DNA from: Isosphaeraceae bacterium
Lineage (GTDB): Bacteria > Planctomycetota > Planctomycetia > Isosphaerales > Isosphaeraceae
Assembly (NCBI GenBank): GCA_965201075.1
Contig: CBDAVP010000013.1
Span: 1-64,000, forward strand
Reading direction: 5' to 3'
DNA: 64,000 bases
Shown in pieces: positions 37,927 through 47,818 of this stretch. A program made the position numbers and the translations under genes. Positions within the stretch are counted from its first letter, which is position 1. Each line of letters opens with the position of its first letter. The notes beneath the pieces were generated by a model, which worked only from the letters and a program-made list of their open reading frames with translations, was not told the origin of the DNA and did not search any database.

Positions 37927-39615
37927 TTACTTCGCGTGGCCGGCGAGGGCTCGTACGTCGTCCAATACGAGGTAATGGCCGTGGTCGGCCGTGACGATCA
38001 CCGCCGAGTCGTCCCAGTTGCTGTGGGTTTCGACCCAGTCGAAGACCATGCGGACGGCCTCGTCGCCGGAAAGCACGGCGCCAATGGCGTTGTCCAAATT
38101 GTTGTCGTGCAGGGCGAAGTCGACGTCGCCGGCCTCAATGAACAGGGCGAACGGCTTGCCCGGCTCGGCGGTCAGAACGGTCAGGGCCGCGGCGGTCATA
38201 TCGCTTAGGGTGGGGTTCTCACGAAGGTCGGCGTCGGTGTACGCCTCGGCCTTGTACTGGATGCCGGCGACGGGTTGGTAGTCGCCGTCTGCGGTGCGAT
38301 AGGGGAGGTGGTCCTTCTCGTTCAGGCCGTAGAAGCCGAAAAGGCGTTTGTGGTCGGCGGCGGCGCGGGTTGCGGCGGATTTTAAAGCCTCGCCCCCGGC
38401 CTCGCCCGCGGTGCGCTGGGCGACGACGTAGGGGCCGCCGCTGCGGGCGTCGATGGCGTGAAGGTCGGCGTCGGTGACGAATCTGTTGCCCGCCACGAGG
38501 TTCTTGCCTTGCTTGACCGGGTCGTCCGGCCCGGTCGCGTGGCCGAACCCCGCGCCCATCACCACGTCGAGCCCCGGATAGGCCGGGACGCCGAGTTTTT
38601 CGCGAGTGTTGCTGGGCAGGCCGAACATGTCGCGGGCGAGGTCCTGGTAGTCGTCCCGGAAGACGTCGTGGGCGTAGAAGGCCGCCGGGGAGGCGTGGTT
38701 GAACGGGACGCTGGTGACGGTCCCCACCTTCCAGCCGCGATCGCTTTGCAGTTGGTTGAACAGGGTGGGGCGGAACTTGCCGTCCTCGGCGACGTTGATG
38801 CTGTCGTTGTACGACTTGACCCCCGTGGCGAACTCGCCGGCACTGGGGGCCGAGTCGGTGTAAGCGTGCGGGACACGCCCCGCTTTGAGGATCGCGGCGC
38901 GTTCGGCCGGGGTGGTCGCCATCCCTTTCAAATATCCCGGGGCGAGCGGGCCGAGGGGGCCGAGGGTCCACGGGTCGGGCCCGGCGATCCTGGCGTCATA
39001 ACCACCGCCCATCCAGACCGGGGGGCGCTGGCCGTCGACGTCGAGGATCTTCCAGTCGTGCGTCGGGCTGGTGACGTAATGCCCGAATTGCGAGGGCCGA
39101 CCCGGCTTGCCATCCAAAAACGTCAGGCCGCCCCCCTTCCCCGCGTCGAACACCTTGCCCGACTTCGCCACCGCCGCCGCCCGCGAGACTTCCCAGTCCA
39201 TGCCGTCGAACCAGAGGATGAACAGGTGCTTGACCCCACGCTCGACGGCGTCCTTCTGCACTCGGTAGAGGTCGCTCTGGTCGGCGTAGGTTGCCTCGGG
39301 GTTCAGGGTGTTGGCCGGCAGGAAGCCATAAAGGGCCCGGAGCTTCGCCTCGTCGCGGTAAAGGCTGTTCGCCCCGGTGACGGAGCCAAGGTCAACCTTG
39401 TTCCCGAAGGCATAAACGGGGATGAGCCGGTTGCTGTGACTGGTGTGGTTGGAGAAGACGTCGCCCGGCCCCTGTGACCCGAAGTGATAGGCCCGGGTGG
39501 CCTTGTCCCTGGCATGGGCCACATAGTCGGCCTGCATGTCGCGGATCGGGTCGGAGGCATGAGTGGTGGAGATCAGGGCCAGCAGCAGCACAACGAGGGG
39601 GGCGAGCGGTCGCAT
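37927..39615 (-). CDS. Alkaline phosphatase family protein (exported)
   Basis: FDGMD, YTDSA..ATGVKSYN, VTSVPFNHASPA, IEAGDVDFALHDN, VTADHGH. Confidence 0.9.
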   Translation of the reverse strand: MRPLAPLVVLLLALISTTHASDPIRDMQADYVAHARDKATRAYHFGSQGPGDVFSNHTSHSNRLIPVYAFGNKVDLGSVTGANSLYRDEAKLRALYGFLPANTLNPEATYADQSDLYRVQKDAVERGVKHLFILWFDGMDWEVSRAAAVAKSGKVFDAGKGGGLTFLDGKPGRPSQFGHYVTSPTHDWKILDVDGQRPPVWMGGGYDARIAGPDPWTLGPLGPLAPGYLKGMATTPAERAAILKAGRVPHAYTDSAPSAGEFATGVKSYNDSINVAEDGKFRPTLFNQLQSDRGWKVGTVTSVPFNHASPAAFYAHDVFRDDYQDLARDMFGLPSNTREKLGVPAYPGLDVVMGAGFGHATGPDDPVKQGKNLVAGNRFVTDADLHAIDARSGGPYVVAQRTAGEAGGEALKSAATRAAADHKRLFGFYGLNEKDHLPYRTADGDYQPVAGIQYKAEAYTDADLRENPTLSDMTAAALTVLTAEPGKPFALFIEAGDVDFALHDNNLDNAIGAVLSGDEAVRMVFDWVETHSNWDDSAVIVTADHGHYLVLDDVRALAGHAK

Positions 39616-39718
39616 CGGCGGGGCGTCCTTCGGACAAAAGGGGGGACGCATTCTAACGCCCCGCCGTGAAGGTTCGGCGGAGGGATGGTCAAAGTCAAGC
39701 GAAGGAGTGGTCGCCAAT

Positions 39719-40135
39719 TCAGCCGCCGGTCGACCCGGGCGGGAAGCGGCCCTCGGCGTTGAGCATCCGCCGCACGGCCACGGCCGCCTCGCGATTGATC
39801 CCGAGGACACGGATCGTCGCCCGGGCGATGGATGTCCGGCCGATGAGCTTCGGCCCCCGCCATTGGAAATGGTCGCCCCAGAGGTCTTCCCGCGGGTGGT
39901 AGAGGCGGACGACCTGCCTACTCACGGGGTCGATCCCCGCGAGATTGGGTCCCTTTCGCAAATTGTACTCAGGGCAGGCCAGGGCGAGGTTCGTCGCCCG
40001 CGTCAAGCCACCGTGCTGACGGGCGATGACATGGTCGATCGGGAAGGCGAAGACGAAAGCCGCCTGCGGGACCCGGCAATATTCGCAAGCGTGGCCCGCG
40101 CGTTCCCTGACCCGGCGTCGAAGCTCCGGCGTCAT
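39719..40135 (-). CDS. HNH endonuclease
   Basis: RRRVRERAGHACEYC, IDHVIARQHGG, NLALACPEYNLRKG, LYHPR..W.DHF.W. Confidence 0.88.
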   Translation of the reverse strand: MTPELRRRVRERAGHACEYCRVPQAAFVFAFPIDHVIARQHGGLTRATNLALACPEYNLRKGPNLAGIDPVSRQVVRLYHPREDLWGDHFQWRGPKLIGRTSIARATIRVLGINREAAVAVRRMLNAEGRFPPGSTGG

Positions 40136-40141
40136 GCGGCT

Positions 40142-40411
40142 TCAGGCCGGGGCCCCGGCTCGCTTCAGGGCGAGGCGGGCCTTGGATTGCAACAGGGCGA
40201 GCCGGTCGGCGACATGAAGATAGGCCTCGAGCTCGGACCGCTCGGGCCCGGTCAAGGTCCCGTCCTGGGCCTGAGTCGACAGGACTTGAACGCGGTCGTG
40301 GTCTTCCCTCGGGAAGTTGAGCCGGAGGACGGACCGCGCCGTCTCCGGCGAGAGCGTCGGCTGGTCCAGCTCCGCCAACCGTTCCTGGAGGGTCGCCCCG
40401 GCTTCGCTCAT
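40142..40411 (-). CDS. Small hypothetical protein paired with the HNH gene (antitoxin-like)
   Basis: LSPETARSVLRLNFP..DRVQVLS..AQDGTLT..ERSELEAY..LALLQSKAR; ends 6 bp before the HNH start. Confidence 0.65.
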   Translation of the reverse strand: MSEAGATLQERLAELDQPTLSPETARSVLRLNFPREDHDRVQVLSTQAQDGTLTGPERSELEAYLHVADRLALLQSKARLALKRAGAPA

Positions 40412-40639
40412 GGAACAGCCATACCTCGGTCGAACAAGGTCCCACGATTCGCATCTTACCTCTCGACGGGTTGATTCGCCACCGAGGCCGTCGCCGGGAT
40501 CGGACCGCATGGACATCCGCGTGGCCGGGGTCTAGGATCAATTCGGCTGGAGGCACAAGTTCCGCCGCGGGCGGCGAGTGAGGAGCCCATCGTCCAAGTC
40601 GGACGGACGAGGGCAAGTCCCTTCGTGGATGCGAGCGAC

Positions 40640-40849
40640 ATGGCGACGACCGATCTCGATGGTGCGACCTTGAAGCGGGCCTTGAAGGAGGCCCTCGCCG
40701 AGACGTTCGTGGAACAGCGTGAGTTGTTCCACGAAGTCTTCGCCGAGGTGCTTGAGGATTTCACCCTGGCCGAGGCGATCCGAGAAGGGCGAGAGACCAG
40801 GGAGGCGACCCGCGAGGAGGTCTTCCAGGCCTTGCGGGGCAAGGCATGA
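40640..40849 (+). CDS. Antitoxin-like protein
   Basis: Acidic helical 69-aa ORF (EVLEDFTLAEAIREG) with an ATGA overlap onto the RelE gene. Confidence 0.7.
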   Translation: MATTDLDGATLKRALKEALAETFVEQRELFHEVFAEVLEDFTLAEAIREGRETREATREEVFQALRGKA

Positions 40850-41112
40850 AGGTTGGCTTCCGCAAGAGCTTCGCGCGGGATCTGAAGAAGGTGAAGGACC
40901 AGGCGACGCTGGATCGTGTCCGGGCTGTGATCGAGTCGGTGGAAGCCGCGACCGATTCGGGTGCGATCGGCGACCTCAAGAAGCTCAGCGGCACCGATCA
41001 TTTCTACCGGATCCGGGTCGGGGAATACCGGGTGGGCGTTGCGATCGAGGGGCACATCGTCGAATTCGTACGGTTCCTGCGCCGTCGCGACCTGTATCGC
41101 TTTTTCCCCTGA
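40846..41112 (+). CDS. RelE/ParE-family toxin
   Basis: MKVGFRKSFARDLKK, KKLSG..FYRIRVGEYRVG, RRRDLYRFFP. Confidence 0.9.
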   Translation: MKVGFRKSFARDLKKVKDQATLDRVRAVIESVEAATDSGAIGDLKKLSGTDHFYRIRVGEYRVGVAIEGHIVEFVRFLRRRDLYRFFP

Positions 41113-41141
41113 CCGTGCGGACGCGGGCCATCCGTCGCGGG

Positions 41142-43316
41142 CTACTTCTGGGGCTTCCGGCCCTGCTCCTTCGAGTCCGGCACGCGGGCCTTGGCTTCCT
41201 CGGCCTCATCGTGAAGGTACGTGGCGAAGTCGGCGAGCGTCCCAAAGTCGGTACCTCGGATCTCGACCCTGTGGCCTGAAGACCGCACGTCGAGGTTTGT
41301 CAGGAGAGCCTTGGCCATGTCATGGGCTCGTTGGTGCCCTTTCATGGCCAGATATTTGGGGTCGGGGTGTTCGAGCCCCTGCTGGCCCTGTTTGAGCAAG
41401 GAGAGCATCGCCCCGGTGATCGCGGCGGCCGAGTCGTCGCCGAGGCAGTCGCCGACGGCGTGCAGGGCGATCGGGTCGGCGTCGGCGACCCCGAGGGTCC
41501 AGCGGTCGAGGCCCTGGAACAGTGTGAGGACCACCGCGTCTTCGGGCCGTCCCAAATCAAACGACTTCGCGAACGCCCCGTCCCGGTTCCCGACGGCGAC
41601 GGCGAGGAGGCCTCGGCTGGCACGCTCCCAGTCCGGGCCGCGGAGATAGTCCGGGAGGGGGGCGACCTTGCCACCGGCCAGCGCCCGGATTTCCTTCTCC
41701 CGGTCGAACACGGCGGTCCGCTCGTCGAGTATATACACACAGGAATCGGGGGGTATCAGGTCCTTCATTGGGTCGACAATCCTGTAGAACGTCCGCCCGC
41801 CTTCACGGACTTCCTCCAGGCCGAAATTCCATTGACGGAGGAACGCCGGCCAGTCGAACGGCCCGACCGCCCGGACGGTCAAGCTTCCGAATTCGATGCT
41901 ATGGAGGTTGTTGGACTGAGCATTCCGGCCCCGTCCGAATAGAACATTGGCGGCGACCCACTCGATCTCCTCCCAGTGAAGTTTCCGGAAGCCGGGCGCC
42001 GCGCTATCAACCTTGAGGATCTTCGCCAGGTCCGCCAGGTCCATCCCAAGCCCATCGGACAGGAGGTCGCGATCGGCCAGTTGGGTTCCGGCATGACGAT
42101 GAATGGATGCGGGTCGTATCGCCACGATCCCGTCCATCCCGTTACGGATATACGGGACCTCGATCGCGGTCAGGGCCGCCGGCACGCTCGCCGGGGCTTC
42201 GGCCGTCGGAGCGCCGGCGACGGCCCGGGTGGGGCCGCGAAGCGCGGTCACTCCGAAGGTCAGCGAGAGGAGCGAACCCGCCGTCACGGCCCGCCAGGTT
42301 CTCGACAACGGCTGATCCGACGCCCGCGACTCGTTCTGATCTCGCAACATGGCAATCCTCCTGATCAAGATCCCCCGGCCCGGGAGGAACGTCCTCAACG
42401 GCCAGCAGGGGATCGGTCCATCCTGTTTCAAGGCGAGCGTGGCGAGGGCCACCAGATACGTCGCACGGCCCCCCGCGAATTGCGCTGCCAGGGCGTCGGC
42501 GGCCTGTTCCTGTTGGAGACGGAGCCGCCCGGCGACTCGGTACAAGAGCGGTTGGTGGAAGTTCAACGCCAGGGCGAACCGGGCGAGCAGGCCGACCGGG
42601 TAGTCGCCCCTGCGGATGTGAGCCAGTTCGTGGGCGAGCACGGCGCGACGTTCGATGTCGTCCCAGGATCGCCAGTCCTCCGGCAGGAAAATCCACGGCC
42701 GTCGCCAGCCCGCCGTGGCCGGCGTGGACAGTTCGGCCGTCTGTCGCAGTTCGACGGCGAGGGGGCAGCTCATGGCCTGCCGTAGATCGGTCAGCAGGCG
42801 GAGCATCCCAGGCTCGTCGATCGCCCAGGACCGCCGTCGGCAGTCGCGGATCGCGTGGACCCCGGCCGCAAGACGGATCAGGCCGAGGGCCGTCCCGGCG
42901 AGAGCCCCAGCCGCCAACGCGGCACCCCAGGGACGGCACTTCTCCACCGGCGTGGCGGCCCCTCGGCCGAGGCGCGACCACGCCTGTCGCAAGGTCGAAA
43001 GATCCCACGCGGTCCCAGTCGATGACGGGCCGTCGGCGACCGTCACGGGCCGACTTCGGGTGACGGCGGACTCGACGGAAGCGACGCCAGGGGGGGACGA
43101 GGGCGGGCGGTTCATCGCCGATGCGCCCCTCCAGCCGGTCAGGACGATCAGGCCGTGGAGGTTCATCAGCACGACGAGCCCGAGGCTCAGGGTCGCCACC
43201 CAGGCGCCGGAGGACGGTCCGCGACGGGAGGCCAACGCCTGCGCCACCAGGCAAGGCACCGTGAGGATTGCGACCTGGACCGCGATCCACGCCAAATCCG
43301 CCCCGAGGTCGTTCAT
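41142..43316 (-). CDS. BlaR1-like M56 metallopeptidase with an unrecognised C-terminal domain
   Basis: TM helices, PATAGWRRPWIFLP, AVLAHELAHIRRGD, FHQPL, EQAADALA, LIRRIAML. Confidence 0.88.
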   Translation of the reverse strand: MNDLGADLAWIAVQVAILTVPCLVAQALASRRGPSSGAWVATLSLGLVVLMNLHGLIVLTGWRGASAMNRPPSSPPGVASVESAVTRSRPVTVADGPSSTGTAWDLSTLRQAWSRLGRGAATPVEKCRPWGAALAAGALAGTALGLIRLAAGVHAIRDCRRRSWAIDEPGMLRLLTDLRQAMSCPLAVELRQTAELSTPATAGWRRPWIFLPEDWRSWDDIERRAVLAHELAHIRRGDYPVGLLARFALALNFHQPLLYRVAGRLRLQQEQAADALAAQFAGGRATYLVALATLALKQDGPIPCWPLRTFLPGRGILIRRIAMLRDQNESRASDQPLSRTWRAVTAGSLLSLTFGVTALRGPTRAVAGAPTAEAPASVPAALTAIEVPYIRNGMDGIVAIRPASIHRHAGTQLADRDLLSDGLGMDLADLAKILKVDSAAPGFRKLHWEEIEWVAANVLFGRGRNAQSNNLHSIEFGSLTVRAVGPFDWPAFLRQWNFGLEEVREGGRTFYRIVDPMKDLIPPDSCVYILDERTAVFDREKEIRALAGGKVAPLPDYLRGPDWERASRGLLAVAVGNRDGAFAKSFDLGRPEDAVVLTLFQGLDRWTLGVADADPIALHAVGDCLGDDSAAAITGAMLSLLKQGQQGLEHPDPKYLAMKGHQRAHDMAKALLTNLDVRSSGHRVEIRGTDFGTLADFATYLHDEAEEAKARVPDSKEQGRKPQK

Positions 43317-43696
43317 CGGCCCCGCTCCTTGAGGATCTGTTCGAGGGTCTCCCGTTCCTGACGGGTCAGTCGCTCATGGTCGAGCAGCCTCATGAGCAGT
43401 TGCGAGCGGGACCCCCGGAAGACTCGTTGAATCAGGTCGCCCAGGAGCCGTCCCGAGACGTCCTCGTACGACCGCGCCGCCCTGTAGAGGAAGGGGCGTT
43501 CGGTGTTGGCCTGGCTGAGAAATCCCTTGTCGTGGAGGCCCCGAATGAGGTTGGCGACGGTGGTGTAGGTGCGGTCGAGCCCATTCGCCCCCAGAAGGGC
43601 GCGAGCCTCGGCGGCCGTCGCCTCGGCCTGTGACCAGAAGACGTGCATCACCTCCAACTCGCGATCCGTCAGATCCTTCGCCGGCGGCCTTGCCAT
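43313..43696 (-). CDS. BlaI/MecI/CopY-family repressor
   Basis: LTDRELEVMHVFW, TYTTVANLIRGLHDKGFL, VFRGS..LLMRLL. Confidence 0.92.
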   Translation of the reverse strand: MARPPAKDLTDRELEVMHVFWSQAEATAAEARALLGANGLDRTYTTVANLIRGLHDKGFLSQANTERPFLYRAARSYEDVSGRLLGDLIQRVFRGSRSQLLMRLLDHERLTRQERETLEQILKERGR

Positions 43697-43718
43697 GATG
43701 CCTCTCGTGACCCTTGAG

Positions 43719-43774
43719 ATTTGATTCTTCAAATTTGGTTCTCGAAATTTACGCGGATCGTCGGGGACTGTCAA
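43719..43774 (-). promoter_or_regulatory. Sigma70 promoter and palindromic operator for the blaI-blaR-like operon
   Basis: Minus strand TTGACA (43774-43769)-N17-TAAATT (43751-43746); ATTTGA-N4-TCAAAT at 43719-43734 lies downstream of the -10. Confidence 0.65.
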
Positions 43775-43879
43775 CCTCGGGACCGCGAGGGTCGCCCCTT
43801 GGTTCGAGCCGTCGGGTGGTCCACAATGGCAAAGGCGGCGTGCGAGGCCGTCGAATCGCGAGTCTGTTGGACGCGGACC

Positions 43880-45109
43880 ATGCATCGGGATGTCCTGGCG
43901 ATCGTTCTGGCCGGGGGGCGGGGGACTCGTCTGGAGCCCTTGACCCGCGACCGCGCCAAGCCGGCGGTCCCCTTCGGGGGGATCTACCGGATCATCGACT
44001 TTCCCCTGTCCAACTGCATCAACTCCGACCTGCGCAAGATCCTGGTCCTGACCCAGTACAAGGCCGTCAGCCTGGCCCGCCACATCGACCAGGGCTGGCG
44101 GTTCCTCTGCCGGGAGCTGGACGAGTACATCGAGGTCATCCCGCCTCAGCAACGCATCGCCGAGCACTGGTATCAAGGGACCGCCGACGCGATCTACCAG
44201 AACGTCTACACAATCGAGAAGGCCGCCCCGCGCGACACCTTGATCCTGGCGGGGGATCATATTTACAAAATGGATTACTCGGCGATGATCGACCATCATC
44301 GCGCCCGGGGGGCGGATGTCACCATCGCCAGCCTGCCGGTCCCCCTGGCCGAGGCCCGCGACTTTGGCGTCCTGCGGGTCGACGCTGACGGGCGGGTCGT
44401 CGAGTTCCTCGAAAAGCCCGCCGACCCCGAGCCGATGCCTGGCCAGCTGGGAATGGCGCTGGCGTCGATGGGGATTTACGTTTTCGCCACCGACGTCATG
44501 TACGAACACCTTTTCCGAGACGCCGCCAGGAAGGAGGCCAGCGGCCACGACTTCGGCCGCGACATCATTCCGGCGATGCTGGCCGAATGCCGAGTCGAGG
44601 CGTATCCCTTCCGCGACGAGAATCGCAAAGGCGCCGCGTACTGGCGGGACGTGGGGACCCTGGACGCCTATTACCGGGCGAGCATGGACCTCGTCGGGGT
44701 CGACCCCACGCTGAACCTCTACGACCGGGCCTGGCCGATCCACACCTACCAGCCGCCGATGCCCCCGCCCAAATTCGTCCACGCCGAGGGGGATCGCCGG
44801 GGCGCGGCGCTCGATTCCATCGTCTGCCAGGGAGCGATCGTCTCAGGCGGCCAGGTCTACCGCAGCATTCTGTCCCCCGGAGTTCGCATCCACAGTTACG
44901 CCTTGGTGGAGGACGCGATTTTGCTGGACGGCGTCCGCGTCGGCCGCCACGCCCGCATCCGTCGGGCGATCCTCGACAAGGACGTGAACGTTCCCCCCGG
45001 CTTCACCGTGGGCCTTGACCCAGCGCTGGACCGCTCCCGGGGGCTGACCGTCACCGCCGAGGGCCTGACAGTGGTGGCCAAGTCGGAGGACCTGGAACGG
45101 TTCGCGTGA
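43880..45109 (+). CDS. glgC: Glucose-1-phosphate adenylyltransferase
   Basis: VLAGGRGTRL.PLT..RAKPAVPFGG.YRIIDF.LSNC.NS, WYQGTADA, GDHIYKMDY, EKP, ASMGIYVF, YWRDVGT. Confidence 0.96.
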   Translation: MHRDVLAIVLAGGRGTRLEPLTRDRAKPAVPFGGIYRIIDFPLSNCINSDLRKILVLTQYKAVSLARHIDQGWRFLCRELDEYIEVIPPQQRIAEHWYQGTADAIYQNVYTIEKAAPRDTLILAGDHIYKMDYSAMIDHHRARGADVTIASLPVPLAEARDFGVLRVDADGRVVEFLEKPADPEPMPGQLGMALASMGIYVFATDVMYEHLFRDAARKEASGHDFGRDIIPAMLAECRVEAYPFRDENRKGAAYWRDVGTLDAYYRASMDLVGVDPTLNLYDRAWPIHTYQPPMPPPKFVHAEGDRRGAALDSIVCQGAIVSGGQVYRSILSPGVRIHSYALVEDAILLDGVRVGRHARIRRAILDKDVNVPPGFTVGLDPALDRSRGLTVTAEGLTVVAKSEDLERFA

Positions 45110-45272
45110 GGGGCGGTCCAGGCCAAGGCCGGAGCCTGCGGGAATTGCCCGGTTGGGCCGGGTATGATAGTCTGATGAACCTTGCCGGGTCCCGCCGTGG
45201 ACTCCATCCCCTGGCTGACGGGTCGCGCTCTCCCACGCGATCAGCCGGCCTCCACCCGCAAGGCTCCCCGCC

Positions 45273-47765
45273 ATGCGAACGATGGTGATGCTCTCCCTGG
45301 CTCTGTCGTGGCTGGTCCTCCCGGTCGCCGCGTCTCGTGCGACGGCCGAGGAACCGTCGGCATCTCCCAGTCCCGAGGGCATTGCCTTCTTCGAGGCCAA
45401 GATTCGTCCGGTCCTGGTTGAGCGGTGCTATGAATGCCATGGGCCCGCCGTCGAGAAGCCCAAGGGGAACCTCCGACTCGATAGCCGGGCCGCGACCCTC
45501 AAGGGGGCTGGCGCTGGTCCGGCGGTCGTTCCGGGGAATCTGGATGAGAGTTCGTTGATCGAGGCGATCCGCTATCAGGACGCACTCCTGAAAATGCCGC
45601 CCCAGTCGCCCTTGATCCCGTCGCAGGTGGCCGACTTCGAGCAATGGGTCCGCATGGGCGCGCCCGACCCCCGGATCGAATCCGCCGCCACGCCGGCCAA
45701 GCCCGCCGTCCTGGACATCGCCGCGGCCCGCCAGACCTGGGCCTTTCGCCCCCCGGTCGACCCGCCCGTCCCGGCCGTGGCCGACGCTCGCTGGCCCGTC
45801 AACGATGTCGATCGGTTTATCCTGAGCCGTCTGGAGTCCGAAGGGATCGCGCCCGCTCCCGTGACCGACCGCCGCACGCTGATCCGTCGAGCCACGTTCG
45901 ACCTGACCGGCCTGCCGCCGACGCCCGAGGAGGTCGACGCCTTTCTCAACGACGAGTCGCCCGGGGCGTTCGCCTTGGTGGTGGAACGCTTGCTGGCCTC
46001 GCCCGCGTATGGCGAGCGCTGGGGGCGTCACTGGCTCGACCTGGTTCGCTATGCCGACACCGCCGGGTGCAACTCGGATTTTCCGGTCCCCTCGGCCCGC
46101 CGTTACCGCGATTACGTCATCGCCGCGTTCAACGACGACAAGCCGTATGACCAGTTCCTCCGTGAGCAACTGGCCGGCGACCTGCTGGATGATCGGACCG
46201 AGGCTCAGAAGCAAGACTGGCTCGCCACGACCGGCGGCCTGCTGGGGGAGGCGCCCGACGAGGCTCGCCGCCTGGAGCGAATCGTCGCCACCGGCTACCT
46301 CGCCACGGCCCGGCGGTTCGGCTCCAGCCCCGGCGAGTTCCACCTGACCCTCGACGACGCGATCGACAATCTGGGCAAGGCGTTCCTCGGCCTCTCCCTG
46401 GGCTGCGCCCGCTGCCACGACCACAAGTTCGACCCGATCCCCACCGCCGACTATTACGCCCTCTACGGCATCCTCGACAGCGCCACGTTTGCCTATCCGG
46501 GGCTCGAAAACAAGCCGAGGGCTCACGACTTCGTCGCCCTGGGCAGCGCCCCCGAGGCCCAGGCCCTGCATGACTTCCAGTCCGAGACCTCTGCCCTGGA
46601 GCAACGCCTCCGCTTCGGCAAGGGGGAGATCGACTCTCCGCCCGCTGGCAAGACCCGCGAGCAGGTTCAGGCCGAACTGAAAGCGGCCAAGATCCGGCTC
46701 AAGGACCTGGACGAGCACCCCCCGGCCATCGCCAAGGCCTATGCCGTGGCCGAGGGCAAGCCGCACGACGCCCCCATCTTCAAGAAAGGGGAACCGGCTC
46801 ACCAAGGGCCGATTGTCCCCCGAGGATTTCTCCAGGTGCTTGGCGGCGCTCGGTTGCCCGAGGAGGTCAAGGCTGGGTCGAGCGGCCGTCGAGAGTTGGC
46901 CGGCTGGCTGACCGACCCAGCCAACCCCCTGACGGCCCGGGTGATGGTCAACCGCGTCTGGCAGCACCACTTCGGCCGGGGGATCGTCGCCACGCCCAAC
47001 GACTTCGGCGTCCGCGGCAAGCCCCCCACCCACCCCGAGTTGCTCGACCACCTGGCCGTCCGGTTCGTCGCCGAGGGCTGGTCAATCAAGACCCTGCACC
47101 GCCGGTTGCTCCTGTCCCGAACCTATCAACTGGCCTGCTCCGACGACCCCACGGTGCTGGCGGCCGACCCGACCAACGCCTGGTTCGGCCGGGGCACCCG
47201 TCGACGGCTCTCGGCCGAGGAACTGCGCGATGGCCTGCTCGCCATCGCTGGCACGTTGGATCGTTCCCCTCGCGGCGATTTCCCGCTGGGCCTCGAAGGA
47301 AAATGGCACTACACCCAGCACGAGCAGTTCGCGGCGCCCGAGTCATTCGACGACCAGCGACGCACCGTCTACCAGATCCAGCAACGCCTGCGACGTCGAC
47401 GCATCCTGGAAGTCTTCGACGGCCCCGATCCCAACGCCACCACGCCCGACCGCCCATTGAGCACCACGGCGATCCAGGCCCTTTACCTGATGAATGACCC
47501 GTTCGTCCACGCCCGAGCCGGAGAACTGGCCGGACGACTTCGCGACGCGGCCTCCGACGACGCCTCACGCATCGACCTGGCCCATCGACTGGCCTTCGGC
47601 CGCCCCGCCGCTCCCGAGGAACTGGCCGACGGCCTGCGCTACCTGGACGAGACCCAGCCCGCTCTGGCCGAGGCCGGCATTCCCCCTGACCGTCTCGCCA
47701 CCGCGTCTCTGGAAAGCCTCCTGCGCGTCCTGCTCAGCAGCAACGCCTTCCTGTTCGTTGACTGA
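45273..47765 (+). CDS. Planctomycete cytochrome c / DUF1549 / DUF1553 (PSD1) protein
   Basis: FFEAKIRPVL..CYECHG, LIRRATFDLTGLPPT, YGERWGRHWLD, CARCHDHKFDP, ARVMVNRVWQHHFGRG, QALYLMN. Confidence 0.93.
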   Translation: MRTMVMLSLALSWLVLPVAASRATAEEPSASPSPEGIAFFEAKIRPVLVERCYECHGPAVEKPKGNLRLDSRAATLKGAGAGPAVVPGNLDESSLIEAIRYQDALLKMPPQSPLIPSQVADFEQWVRMGAPDPRIESAATPAKPAVLDIAAARQTWAFRPPVDPPVPAVADARWPVNDVDRFILSRLESEGIAPAPVTDRRTLIRRATFDLTGLPPTPEEVDAFLNDESPGAFALVVERLLASPAYGERWGRHWLDLVRYADTAGCNSDFPVPSARRYRDYVIAAFNDDKPYDQFLREQLAGDLLDDRTEAQKQDWLATTGGLLGEAPDEARRLERIVATGYLATARRFGSSPGEFHLTLDDAIDNLGKAFLGLSLGCARCHDHKFDPIPTADYYALYGILDSATFAYPGLENKPRAHDFVALGSAPEAQALHDFQSETSALEQRLRFGKGEIDSPPAGKTREQVQAELKAAKIRLKDLDEHPPAIAKAYAVAEGKPHDAPIFKKGEPAHQGPIVPRGFLQVLGGARLPEEVKAGSSGRRELAGWLTDPANPLTARVMVNRVWQHHFGRGIVATPNDFGVRGKPPTHPELLDHLAVRFVAEGWSIKTLHRRLLLSRTYQLACSDDPTVLAADPTNAWFGRGTRRRLSAEELRDGLLAIAGTLDRSPRGDFPLGLEGKWHYTQHEQFAAPESFDDQRRTVYQIQQRLRRRRILEVFDGPDPNATTPDRPLSTTAIQALYLMNDPFVHARAGELAGRLRDAASDDASRIDLAHRLAFGRPAAPEELADGLRYLDETQPALAEAGIPPDRLATASLESLLRVLLSSNAFLFVD

Positions 47766-47818
47766 TGGATCGGACGCGATCTCCCGCACATTCGCCAAGC
47801 CAGCCGGAGGGCCCCGCC

